45,745 bases of DNA from Chrysochromulina tobinii (lineage: Eukaryota): the NCBI GenBank assembly GCA_001275005.1, contig JWZX01002432.1, positions 1 to 45,745 on the forward strand. Direction: 5' to 3'. Under the pieces are notes generated by a model. That model did not search any database. It saw only the letters and a program-made list of their open reading frames with translations, and was not told the origin of the DNA. Each line of letters starts with the position of its first letter. Positions within the stretch are counted from its first letter, which is position 1. A program made the position numbers and the translations under genes. Of this stretch, positions 31,212-40,853 are shown piece by piece.

Positions 31212-31303
31212 CCTTCCGCTGATGAAACAGTACCATTGGAATTACCGACGGAGCACTCTGCGATGATGTCATAACACTCTGGCACCAGACTTCTGAGGAA
31301 AGC
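31212..31303 (+). ncRNA. Box C/D snoRNA, snR77/SNORD65-like with a second guide (copy 1)
   Basis: Box C TGATGA 31220-31225; guide TGGAATTACCG antisense to conserved 18S CGGUAAUUCCA, then D'-like CGGA; C'-like ATGATG; guide CTGGCACCAGACTT antisense to 18S AAGUCUGGUGCCAG, then box D CTGA 31293-31296; terminal stem TTCC/GGAA. Confidence 0.88.
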
Positions 31304-31390
31304 ATCCGCAACGCCCGGGCCCACCGCCAGGCGGGTTAGTCACATAACTTGCGCCGCGCCGCATACGACCCTGAACTCGAACCACTTTGG

Positions 31391-31482
31391 CCTTCCGCTG
31401 ATGAAACAGTACCATTGGAATTACCGACGGAGCTTTCCGCGATGATGTCATAACACTCTGGCACCAGACTTCTGAGGAAAGC
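31391..31482 (+). ncRNA. Box C/D snoRNA (copy 2, tandem duplicate at 179-bp spacing)
   Basis: Identical boxes and guides (C 31399-31404, D 31472-31475); internal differences only in the D'-C' spacer. Confidence 0.88.
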
Positions 31483-31886
31483 ATCCGTAACGCCCGGGCC
31501 GCGTGCTCATTCGTGCCCATGCTTGCCAATGCTCAATCGATCCGCGCCTTTGCCGCAGGCGAGACTGTAGACTGTACAAACTCCTTGAAAGTGCTGGTCG
31601 ATGGATGTCCACGAGCGTTGCAAACGGGTGACGCAAACCGCACAGAAAGTTCTTTCGCGTTCAAAGTCCTCAGCGCCGCAGCGGCGCAAGTCCCCAGACG
31701 CACGGCAGCGCGGATTCATACAAGAACCTCCCTCGCGGGGACAGTATGTAGGTTTCGAGGAGACAGTAGATTGTTCCTTGTAGAGAGAGCGCCCTGGCAT
31801 GCCAGTTACTAATACTTAATGCGCATCGCATCATTTCTGTCGAGGGAAAGCTTTTTAGTTCGGTACAGACGTGATCAGAAGTGCGG

Positions 31887-33392
31887 TTACCTCCTGCCGC
31901 AACATCTGAATATTGCTCGTCGCATCCTGGGTCGTGCCGCTGTATAATCGGCTATCCCGAGGCCGAGCTCCTCGGCCTGGTGCTGCACCTGCAGCTCCTC
32001 CCCGGCCACCAGGTTGGCATTCTCCAGGCGCGCATCCTCGAGGTCGAGATTGAGATCGAGATTTGCGTCCTCCCGGTCGAGATTGAGATCGAGATTTGCG
32101 TCCTCCTTGTTGAGATCGAACGATGGTCCCAATGTAAGCTGCGTGGGCGAGAGTGGTTCCGAGCTCCGCGGCCGTTGCACCAACGGGCTCAGCGTCCAGC
32201 AATGCACCGAGGCCGCCGCCTGCTGGAGCTGGATCTCATCGAGCTCGGCCGCCGAGATCGCGAACGCGAGGGCGCTCTCGTAATCTCCCACCGCTCGGAA
32301 GTGCTGTAGCCACACCTGCCTTCGGATCTCGTCGCATGCGAAGCGCGAGCGCCGCCCACGCTCCCCCGCCTGCAGCAAGCACGCCGCTCGGACCACCGAT
32401 GCGTCGGGGTTCGCCGCCAGCTTGCCGCTGCGGCACTTGCTGAGGACACCCGCGGCCCGGGGCCCAACCTGGCGCAAGCAGCCGCCCTGGCGCAAGAGGC
32501 CAGTCACATCCTGTGCCAGCTTGTCCCAAAAGGAATCGTCGACCAGCACCTTCTCCGCGGCCGCCTTCTCTGCTGCCGCCTTCACCGCTGGGCTGGTCTC
32601 GACATCGAAAAGCAGCATCTTGTCTACTCCAGGTGAAAACTCTGACAGCCGAAGGCAGCGCAACTCTTCACAGACAAGGCAGTACATTTTCCTGTAATGC
32701 ATCTTCTTAGCCGCTTGCACCTTCGTCACACTGAGCAGGCCGCTGGATTCGACGGGTAGGCAGCGGAGCCACCTCGAATCGAGCCGCTCAGCAACCTTCT
32801 CGGTGGACAGGCAGCGACAGATTCTGTTGTGTGGATTCGTTCGGGCGGCAGCAGCCTCGACCTCAAGCTTCTCCTGGACGACCACCGCTGGCTCCCACAT
32901 GCCATGGCGTATGTGGCTCTGTAGCAATTGCGCCCTCGTCGCCTCCTGCAGCGCATTGCGAGCTGCTAACCCTCGGAAGGTGCTCTGCAGCTTAAGGGCA
33001 GCCTGCTTCTTAGCCACCTGCTTCGCCCATGCCATCCCGAGTGCATCTGCCTCGTCCTCCGCCACCTCGTCCACCGCCACTTCGATCGCCGCCGCCTCGT
33101 CCGCCGCCGCCTCGTCCGCCGCTGCCGCCTCGTCCGCCGCGGGGCCCGCCGACACCTCCGCCGCAAGCGTTGCGTCCGTGTTGGCGCACGCGGGCGGTGC
33201 GGCGGTCGCTCTCGAGCGCGCGCCGACAAGAGAGCGCCGCCAAAATACTCTGGCAAAGTCTGCAAAATCACTCCGTGATCCGACCGTCAGCAATCGTAAG
33301 CATGTACCCTTACTGAAATTTCGTGAACTTGTTCCTGGGCAAATTTGTGTGACGCACTGCAAAGCTACTGGTAGACGAGCAGGTCGACACAT
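31887..33392 (-). CDS. Hypothetical IQ-motif protein (exon structure uncertain)
   Basis: AALKLQSTFRGLAARNAL IQ motif, Ala/Asp/Glu repeats and EDANLDLNL repeats. The start abuts the divergent gene, so it is doubtful. Confidence 0.5.
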   Translation of the reverse strand: MCRPARLPVALQCVTQICPGTSSRNFSKGTCLRLLTVGSRSDFADFARVFWRRSLVGARSRATAAPPACANTDATLAAEVSAGPAADEAAAADEAAADEAAAIEVAVDEVAEDEADALGMAWAKQVAKKQAALKLQSTFRGLAARNALQEATRAQLLQSHIRHGMWEPAVVVQEKLEVEAAAARTNPHNRICRCLSTEKVAERLDSRWLRCLPVESSGLLSVTKVQAAKKMHYRKMYCLVCEELRCLRLSEFSPGVDKMLLFDVETSPAVKAAAEKAAAEKVLVDDSFWDKLAQDVTGLLRQGGCLRQVGPRAAGVLSKCRSGKLAANPDASVVRAACLLQAGERGRRSRFACDEIRRQVWLQHFRAVGDYESALAFAISAAELDEIQLQQAAASVHCWTLSPLVQRPRSSEPLSPTQLTLGPSFDLNKEDANLDLNLDREDANLDLNLDLEDARLENANLVAGEELQVQHQAEELGLGIADYTAARPRMRRAIFRCCGRR

Positions 33393-33430
33393 CGATGGGT
33401 TTGCATCGGTCCGGCGTGGTGGGATGTTTC

Positions 33431-34324
33431 ATGCTCGCATGGATACTGGCTGTCGCCGATGGCTTATACACGCAATCGCTGCCGTCTCCACACATGCTAA
33501 AAGGCCGGCGAAGTTGCGCACAGGCTTGCGCTGCGAATGCCCAGGCATGGCATGTGGGGAAGAGTGTCTGCGCCTCGCCTGCGTGGGCCGAGCTGCAAAC
33601 GGAGCTGGACACTCTGCCCGTGTTTACACTTGCGAACGCTAAAGGTGAGCCGCTCGTGCAGCAGACTCCAGCGGGTGCGCCGGTCAGCATCTTTTTCGCC
33701 GACCTCTTCCGTGCTGAGGCCGAGCTAGCCAACGCGAACCGACTGTTCCCGGACCTGAAACTCAAAATTCTACCCATCGGCCTGGGGGATGCCTTCAAAC
33801 GGGCTCAGGATGGCAGTGCGGTGATCGTACCTTCTGCGAATGAGCTGGCCGCAGCTGGGATGGATCCCGCCACTTCGCAGAGCATCCTGCCTTTGTTTGG
33901 ATGCCCAAAGCTGATGGGTCCTAAGCCAGGCAATCCCGAGAAAAAGGTCATGCCACTCTTCATGTCCGCCACAGAGGCGAAGGCCGCGGTTGAAAAAGCG
34001 CTGGAGGACGGCCTTGGCGGATTAGTACCCGAAGGCATGACGGCGCAGGCGATGGGCTTCGACATACTGTGCATGCCGCTCATCAAGGCGTGCGAATTGA
34101 TCGTCACTGGTAGGGAGACTCGGTTAGCGTTCATTGCGCCAAGCAATTCAGTCAAGTGGCTGGCAGAGTACGCAAAGCGCACAACAGCCGCCTCCGATGG
34201 TTCGCCTGGGTCCGAGAGCGAAGATTCCGCGCGGCAGGCAATGTTTGAATCGCTGCTCGACATGCGGAAAGGGATGCAGGGCATTGAGGACGCTAAAAAG
34301 GGACCGCTGGGTTCCCTGTTTTGA
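33431..34324 (+). CDS. Tic22-like family protein, plastid-targeted
   Basis: LDTLPVFTLANAKGEPL, IFFADLFRAEAEL, KILPIGLGDAF, LPLFG and MPLFMS; signal-like MLAWILAVADG. Alternative ATG at 33395. Confidence 0.7.
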   Translation: MLAWILAVADGLYTQSLPSPHMLKGRRSCAQACAANAQAWHVGKSVCASPAWAELQTELDTLPVFTLANAKGEPLVQQTPAGAPVSIFFADLFRAEAELANANRLFPDLKLKILPIGLGDAFKRAQDGSAVIVPSANELAAAGMDPATSQSILPLFGCPKLMGPKPGNPEKKVMPLFMSATEAKAAVEKALEDGLGGLVPEGMTAQAMGFDILCMPLIKACELIVTGRETRLAFIAPSNSVKWLAEYAKRTTAASDGSPGSESEDSARQAMFESLLDMRKGMQGIEDAKKGPLGSLF

Positions 34325-34584
34325 CCCGGTATTTAACGTCCGACGATAATCGTTTCTCTCTCCTCTTTCCGGAGAGGAGTATTAGGAGGCCGAGCGTCTC
34401 GTGGAAGACCGCGCCGCATCAGGCACGCCAACGATCCAGCGCGGTGCGATGACTGATGGTGCTACCGTACGGACAAATGCAACCTTACACAGTATACGTG
34501 AGTCCAGCATTGTACAGAGCTGTGGCATGCGTAACTACCTCAGATATGCCAATCATCGTCCGCTGCTGCTTTGTGCTCCCTCTT

Positions 34585-34959
34585 TTAGGGCGGCGGAGGG
34601 CCAGCATCTTGATGGTCAGCATCCAACATGATGGATGACAGCATCTCCCCTAGCGCATCGAGCTTGCCATTGAGCTGCTCAGCCATCCATCCAGTTGTCA
34701 CTGAGCTCTCGCCAATCTTATCGAGCTTGGCATCGAGGTAGTTGATCTTGGCCTCGAGGCGCGCCATGGTGTTGAGAAGTGCCATCATTGTCGTCTCCGA
34801 CTGGAGCACCTTTATTGTCTCGTCAGTCTTGTCTGTCTGCAGGAATGGTACGTTTGTTCTCTGTGGATAGGCATGTTGAGTTTTTGCCATCTGTGCCAGT
34901 GGCATGTAGCCGGCACATGCGGCCGCCACGCCAATCATCGTCGCAATGCCGAACGTCAT
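34585..34959 (-). CDS. Small hypothetical protein with signal-like N-terminus and coiled coil
   Basis: 124-aa ATG ORF; hydrophobic N-terminus; heptad pattern MARLEAKINYLDAKLDKI. Confidence 0.5.
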   Translation of the reverse strand: MTFGIATMIGVAAACAGYMPLAQMAKTQHAYPQRTNVPFLQTDKTDETIKVLQSETTMMALLNTMARLEAKINYLDAKLDKIGESSVTTGWMAEQLNGKLDALGEMLSSIMLDADHQDAGPPPP

Positions 34960-35131
34960 CTCAAAGCCGACGAACCTTGCGTTACGAGATTATTCCAAAA
35001 ACGAACGTCGTCGTCGCGCGAGAATTCGTCAATGCATATACTGGTAAGTGGTCGATACAAAAAATAAGAAACCCTTTACAGAAACTTGACCTCAAAACAT
35101 GTAACGTTCGACTCACGCTAGCCGACTCGTA

Positions 35132-35656
35132 ATGCCCACGAGCGTGCCGTCGGCGCCTCCTTGCCAGCCGCCTACACCTCCTCAGCTGTTCGAAAGCAGC
35201 ATTGACGAGCGCCTGGATACGATCCGGAAGCAACTTGCGCAACTGCGAGCCGAGTGGCCCAGCCCGAATCAGCCGAATCAGCCGACAAGGCCATCGAGGC
35301 CATCGACTCCCGCACAGGGCGCGCCGCAGGGCACGCCGCAAACAAGCCGCGTCAATCCAAATACCAAATATCCAGACACCGGCTTCCGCATGGAAGCCTT
35401 TCCGCCACGGAGGTTGCGGACCAATTCGAGCTCCAGCTTCTCCGTGACTCGCCGTGACAAGGCGCTCGGTAGCAATCAATCCGACTGGCTCCCCGGCCAG
35501 CGCCCAATAGGCTACCGTCCACTCTCCGGTCGGCCTTGCTTTCGCAGCGGGACCGCATACTCGTTCCGCAAGAAGACGGTGAATGCAAGGCCCTCAAACC
35601 CCTACGTGGTTGATGACACGCCCGGCCCGGGTGCCTACAACACCCTCGTGTTCTAG
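35132..35656 (+). CDS. Hypothetical protein with SHIPPO/STPG-type repeat (possibly flagellar)
   Basis: C-terminal AYSF...DTPGPGAY motif. Confidence 0.55.
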   Translation: MPTSVPSAPPCQPPTPPQLFESSIDERLDTIRKQLAQLRAEWPSPNQPNQPTRPSRPSTPAQGAPQGTPQTSRVNPNTKYPDTGFRMEAFPPRRLRTNSSSSFSVTRRDKALGSNQSDWLPGQRPIGYRPLSGRPCFRSGTAYSFRKKTVNARPSNPYVVDDTPGPGAYNTLVF

Positions 35657-36558
35657 AGCCTTGCACGACTCGACGCAACAATGATACTCACATTGGTGGT
35701 GCCAGGCGGCAAGGGACATCCGGACCGGCGCCGGCAAAGGGTTCGAAGTTTTCATAGTCGATGCAACTGTATGTAGCAGGTGCCAGGTCGCACTCGCACG
35801 GGACGAGCCTCTCGCCCTCGGGCCGGCCCCACGCCGGCCACCGTCGCGCGCCCGTCGCACCGCGTATTATCCGTAGCGCGTAGGCGTCTCCGCATGCGTA
35901 TTTGAAACTGACTGATACTTTTCTGGTGTCGACATGACACTTCGTTTGAGCGCGCTAGAAAGCGCGGCGCTAGAACGCGCGAGTGCCTCCGGTCCGCCGC
36001 ATTGGCGGTCCGGGGGGGCTGCGCGCGGTCCACGCGCGTGACCGCGTCCGGGCGGTCGAGAACTCGATGATGCATGATCCGCGTACGGCGCGAGATCTCG
36101 CTCGCCGGGGGCGGTCGCGGGCGTCACGGGGGCGCCGCCTCGGGCCCGCGCGGGGACCACGCGCGTTACCGCACTGGCCACTGCCAACTCCGGAATACGC
36201 GGCAAGACGCGGGACTGAGGACCGGACCTCCGCCGCGCGGCGTCGGGCGGGGTGCGGTGCCTTGTCGACCCGGTGCGCGGTGGTGTCGACCGGCGGCACG
36301 CACCTGACACATACCACGCACCCCATTATGAATGGTTCATTGCTGTGCATGCACACACTCGATACGCGCACGATCCCACCGCAAAGAATATCTTGTCACA
36401 TCATCGTCGTCCGTCATGCATTCACACATGCATCACTCCCAAGCCCCCCGAGGGCAAAGCACCCGCGGGCCGGCAGCTCTTCGGGCGGCCGGCGCCACGA
36501 CGGCAGCTCTGCCCTCGTCAAGGGCACAAGTGCGCTACCAGGCACAGATTGTAGTGCG

Positions 36559-39072
36559 CTACTTCTTGCCCTTGCTGCTGCCAAAGATTCGGCTCATGGG
36601 TGACGCTTGGCGCGGCTTGGGCGATGCAGGCTTCGCCTTGCGCCCAGGAGATTCGGGTCGCGGCGATGCGGAGCGCGGCGACGCTGGGCGTGCGCTACCA
36701 CTGCCGCGGCCGGGGCTCTCCTGGCGCGCGGCACGCCCCGGGGAGTCTTGACGCCCCCCTGTGTGCGCCCTTCCGGGCGAGTCGGCGCCGAAATTGATTG
36801 AATATTGCGGCTCAAAGTTCGGTGCCTTCTTTGCAGGCGAGCTAGAGAGGATCCGTGGCGGCTTGGGCGTCGAGCGCGCCTTGCCGTTCTTGACGACCTT
36901 GACCTCGCCAAGTTCGAGAGCGGACTCGCCAGCGACTGCGACTGAGAGCGTCTGGCCGGGCCGCATGTGCGGCGGGCACGGCACGTTGACGAGCTGCCCG
37001 CCGACGTTGGCCACAAACTGCGCGCCCGGCACGGCGTCCTCAGGGATCACGATGTCGATCTTAGAGGTGCCCTCGGGCGCCTCCACATGCAAGACCGCCT
37101 TGGGTTCACAACCCTCGGGCACCGGGATGGCGGCCACCACCTCGCCGAGCTGCGCCTGGAAGTGCGTGTGCATGCCTGATACCCATCCGGAGGGCACGAC
37201 CACCTCGAAGACGGGCCCTCGATGGCGTGTATCATCGGGGGTGGGTGGTCGCTTGAGTTTCTTGCCCTTGACGACCTTTCCGGGAAAGATGATCTGCTCA
37301 CCGCTCACGGCCATCTCGACCGCCTGCAAGCTGCTCTTGCTCAGCTCGAACGAGAGCTTGTCGCCCGGCAGCGCGTTCTCCGGCACCGGAATCTCGACGA
37401 CCTCGCCCGACGGCAGCGTGAGCCGGAGCACCGCGCCCGGTCCGGCGCCCGAAGGCACGGTGACCTCGAAAGTCTCCGCGTCGTCCTCCGTGAACGACGT
37501 CCGAGTCATCTCGGTCAGGCACGAGGCAGCCTGCGGCACGAACGCGGCCGCGCCCAGCTGCAGCGGCGGCGGGAACACGGGCGGCGGCGGCGGCGGCGGC
37601 AAGTCGTCGTCGTCGGAGAAGCCGTCCAAGTCGTCGCGCACGTCGTCGTACGTCGAGTCGAGCAAATCTGACGAATCTCGCGGCGTGCACGCCTCCTGCT
37701 GCATGCTCGCCTTCTTCGGCTGCGCGTCCGCGGCGCCGGCGCCCGCGCCGACGCGCAACGAGGAGCCGCCACGCGGAGTGAGTACCACGTTCTGAGCGCA
37801 CGTGGCGTCGGCAGCGGGCAGCGGCTGCAATGCAAGGCCCGCGCGGATGACGCCGGCAGTGGTGCGCGGCGTCATTCGGGCGCCCTTTTCGTCCTCATCG
37901 CCTGCAAAGGAGCCGGCGCCGCCGCCGAGCGTGCGCTGGCCGCCGCCAAGCGCCGGCACGCCGCCGCCGCCGCCCGTCGGACGCGCCGAGAGGCGCGGCG
38001 TCGCCATGACCATCGAGGCATATGGATCCTCATCGTCCTCAAGCTCCTCGTCACCGCGGAAGGGCGAGAGCGCGAGCATCGGAGGCGGCCTGGCGCCGCG
38101 CGTCGAGAGGCGCGGAGACTGCGGCTCTTCGTCCTCCTGCTGCATGCTCGCCTTCTTGGGATTTGCGCCCGCGACAGCGCCGCCCGCTTTGCTCGACATC
38201 GGCACCTGGCTCAGCCCCTGCAGTGGCAGATCGAGAGACATGGACGGGTCAGCGTGTGCGTCGCCCTCATCCTGCATACGCATCGACTTGGGCTGCGGCA
38301 CTGAGGCCTCCTGCTGCATCATCTGCTTGCCGCCCTTGCCGCCCGCCTCCTGCTGCGGCTGCTGCTTGCCCGAGGCGCCCTTGCGAGCGCCTGGGCTCGC
38401 CCCGAAACCCTTTGGCGGTGCGAGCAGCGTGGGCGACGACGGGCTGTCAGGCGGCACGACAGCCAGCGGAGTACTCACGCGAGGGCTCTCGACCCTGCGT
38501 GGGCTCAGGCTGGCCGACAGCCCTCCCTCGCTCAGCTTCGCCAGGTACTCGAGCGCCGCACGGGGCGACGCCATCGGCTGCTGCTCCTCTGCCTGAGGCA
38601 GCTTGATGGTGAGTCCGCTGAGCTGCAGCGGCGGCACGAAGGACGGCCGCGGCGTCGACTCGTTCCGCGGCGACGGGGCAAAGTTGCTATCGTCGTGCGC
38701 CTGGTGATACGCTTGCCGCGGCGACATACCGCTCGCCGCGGCCAGCCGCGCGCGGCTGGCGGCGGCCGCCGCCGCAGGCGAGTGTGCGCACGCGGCACAC
38801 TCGCTCACACTGCTGCTGCTGGCGCCATCGAAGCCGGCCGCGTGCGCGGAAGTCGGCGAAGGCGGATAGCGGCTGAACTCTTCCGCGTCGGCCGCCGACG
38901 GTGCGAACGCTCGCGGACTCTGCATCTCTCTCCTCCTCGCCGAGTCCTGCCTGCGCCTCGCAATACGCGAGGCGAGCGACTCGCCGCCCGGAGAGCTCGC
39001 ATCGCCGCCTAAGCTGAGCGAGGGGATGACGGGGGATGAATGCACGCCGATGGGCTGCTCTGTGCGGGCCAT
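36559..39072 (-). CDS. Hypothetical low-complexity protein with repeated V-x-VP-x-G-xx-PG beta modules
   Basis: 837-aa ATG ORF; many SPR/TPR motifs; FEVTVPSGAGPG, EIPVPENALPG, FEVVVPSG, IVIPEDAVPG and VPCPPHMRPG. Confidence 0.75.
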   Translation of the reverse strand: MARTEQPIGVHSSPVIPSLSLGGDASSPGGESLASRIARRRQDSARRREMQSPRAFAPSAADAEEFSRYPPSPTSAHAAGFDGASSSSVSECAACAHSPAAAAAASRARLAAASGMSPRQAYHQAHDDSNFAPSPRNESTPRPSFVPPLQLSGLTIKLPQAEEQQPMASPRAALEYLAKLSEGGLSASLSPRRVESPRVSTPLAVVPPDSPSSPTLLAPPKGFGASPGARKGASGKQQPQQEAGGKGGKQMMQQEASVPQPKSMRMQDEGDAHADPSMSLDLPLQGLSQVPMSSKAGGAVAGANPKKASMQQEDEEPQSPRLSTRGARPPPMLALSPFRGDEELEDDEDPYASMVMATPRLSARPTGGGGGVPALGGGQRTLGGGAGSFAGDEDEKGARMTPRTTAGVIRAGLALQPLPAADATCAQNVVLTPRGGSSLRVGAGAGAADAQPKKASMQQEACTPRDSSDLLDSTYDDVRDDLDGFSDDDDLPPPPPPPVFPPPLQLGAAAFVPQAASCLTEMTRTSFTEDDAETFEVTVPSGAGPGAVLRLTLPSGEVVEIPVPENALPGDKLSFELSKSSLQAVEMAVSGEQIIFPGKVVKGKKLKRPPTPDDTRHRGPVFEVVVPSGWVSGMHTHFQAQLGEVVAAIPVPEGCEPKAVLHVEAPEGTSKIDIVIPEDAVPGAQFVANVGGQLVNVPCPPHMRPGQTLSVAVAGESALELGEVKVVKNGKARSTPKPPRILSSSPAKKAPNFEPQYSINFGADSPGRAHTGGRQDSPGRAARQESPGRGSGSARPASPRSASPRPESPGRKAKPASPKPRQASPMSRIFGSSKGKK

Positions 39073-39373
39073 GGTGTCACACGGAGCTTCTCGGCAAGCC
39101 GCCTAGACGCCCGGCTTGCTGCTTCGCTCAAAGATGGGCCAATGTGAGGGAGGGACCTGTGTGGAATCGATGTCCAAAAAAGGATTACGCGCATCTCCCT
39201 GAACTATTCTCCTCTAGCGATTTCTAACGAGGTGGTTAGGAGAATGTGGGGGCGGAGCCTTTGTCGGGCCTCTACAAAAAGCGTGAAGGTGATGACGACC
39301 CGTGTGGCCGGGGCGGACTCCAACAGGGCAACGGGTCTGTCTGAGGCAAGCGGTCTCCGACAGACCCGCCTCC

Positions 39374-40675
39374 ATGCGCCGCCGAGCGGAGCCCTCTGTC
39401 GCCGAACTGCAGTTCTCCTTCCCTCTCACACATGAAGCCGTGCTCGCGATGATGGCATGCTTCAGCAACGAAGGAGGCTGCCTGCTTCCGACGCCTTTTG
39501 TGATCGAGCTGCTCACCAAGCAGGAGGAACTACTGCGTGCGCTTCCAAACATTGTGGAGTTCGAGGTTCCCCCGGGTCAGCAGATCTGCATCGTTGGCGA
39601 CATCCATGGGCAATACGAAGACCTCATGCACGCCTTCTACATGCACGGCCTTCCCTCGCTCGAGAAGCCATATCTCTTCAACGGTGACTTTGTGGACCGC
39701 GGCAATCAGGGAGTAGAGGTGACCCTCACCGTCTTCGCGTTCCAGCAGCTGTATCCCGGGGCCGTCTTCCTCAACCGGGGCAACCACGAGGAGGCCTCCT
39801 GCCACTCCGTCGACGGTTTCCGGAAGGAATGCACCTCCAAGTACGGGCTGGCCGTCTACGACCTGTACGGGCGGCTCTTCACGAGGCTTCCCCTCGCCAC
39901 AGTACTCAACGGGGCGGTGCTGGTGTTGCACGGCGGTGTCGACTCCAACTTCACCCTTGAGCAGCTGCGCGACGCCGACCGCGCGGCGTACGTCGCCATT
40001 GTCAACAGCGGCAGCGCCAAGCGAAAGCGCTTCGCCCGACCTGCAGAGGGAGCCAAGAGTAGGACACATCTCGAGCGAGCCGCACAAATCGAGGCGCAGG
40101 CAAAGGCCAACTACCCGATCAACGCGGCACTATGGAACGATCCAGGCTCCTGTGAAGGGGAGTGTGAAGGGGAGGGCTTCAACAAGTGGCGAGGCACCGG
40201 AATGGTCTTCGGCCGCGACGTCTGCAGACGCTGGTTGGAGGACAACGGCCTCCAGCTGATCATACGATCACATGAGGAGGTGGAGCATGGGTTCGAATGG
40301 CCCTTTGGCGATGGCGAGCTGCTCGTAACCGTCTTCTCCGCAAGCAACTACGCGAGGAGCACGAGGAACCAAGGGGCAATCGCTCTTCTGTCCTCCCGCT
40401 GCGCCTCGTCCAGACCCGATCTCCCCGATGCTGGGTGGCCTTCGGCGGAGGGCCTGGACTCGATACAGCCCTCGCTTCTCTGCTCCGAAAGCGATGCCCC
40501 CACGATCCCCGCGGACCAGGGTTGTGAAGCGCTGGCCTCGGAGTCGTCGGCAACCCTCGCTGGAAGTAGCCCCTTATCCCAGCGTTACTCCTTTGAATTC
40601 GGCGCGCTGAGCTTTCTCCAATATGAAGCTCACGAGCTCTCCCAAGCCACAAGCGGATCTGCTTCAAATTTATAA
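39374..40675 (+). CDS. PPP-family Ser/Thr protein phosphatase (PPEF/PP5-like)
   Basis: GDIHG, FNGDFVDRG, RGNHE, HGG, IRSHE and TVFSASNY. First in-frame ATG at 39374; an upstream exon is possible. Confidence 0.9.
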   Translation: MRRRAEPSVAELQFSFPLTHEAVLAMMACFSNEGGCLLPTPFVIELLTKQEELLRALPNIVEFEVPPGQQICIVGDIHGQYEDLMHAFYMHGLPSLEKPYLFNGDFVDRGNQGVEVTLTVFAFQQLYPGAVFLNRGNHEEASCHSVDGFRKECTSKYGLAVYDLYGRLFTRLPLATVLNGAVLVLHGGVDSNFTLEQLRDADRAAYVAIVNSGSAKRKRFARPAEGAKSRTHLERAAQIEAQAKANYPINAALWNDPGSCEGECEGEGFNKWRGTGMVFGRDVCRRWLEDNGLQLIIRSHEEVEHGFEWPFGDGELLVTVFSASNYARSTRNQGAIALLSSRCASSRPDLPDAGWPSAEGLDSIQPSLLCSESDAPTIPADQGCEALASESSATLAGSSPLSQRYSFEFGALSFLQYEAHELSQATSGSASNL

Positions 40676-40853
40676 ATTTGGAAAAATCGCGGCATTCACG
40701 AGCCGTTCAGTGTGATGACGTGCAGAAGCATCCAAAAACAGCAAGTTCAAAACGTACTCTCCTTGTACGTACATCCTAGAGTACGTACGGTCGCACAATT
40801 CCTCCGAACGCTTTGTCTGCGGCTTTCACTTTACAAGACTCCATCACGGTGGA

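Noticed and set aside
31237..31292. 18S rRNA gene fragment
   Set aside because: Only 11- and 14-nt antisense matches, each next to a D/D' box, so they are snoRNA guides.
35720..35760. tRNA suggested by GGTTCGAA
   Set aside because: No cloverleaf or acceptor stem could be built.
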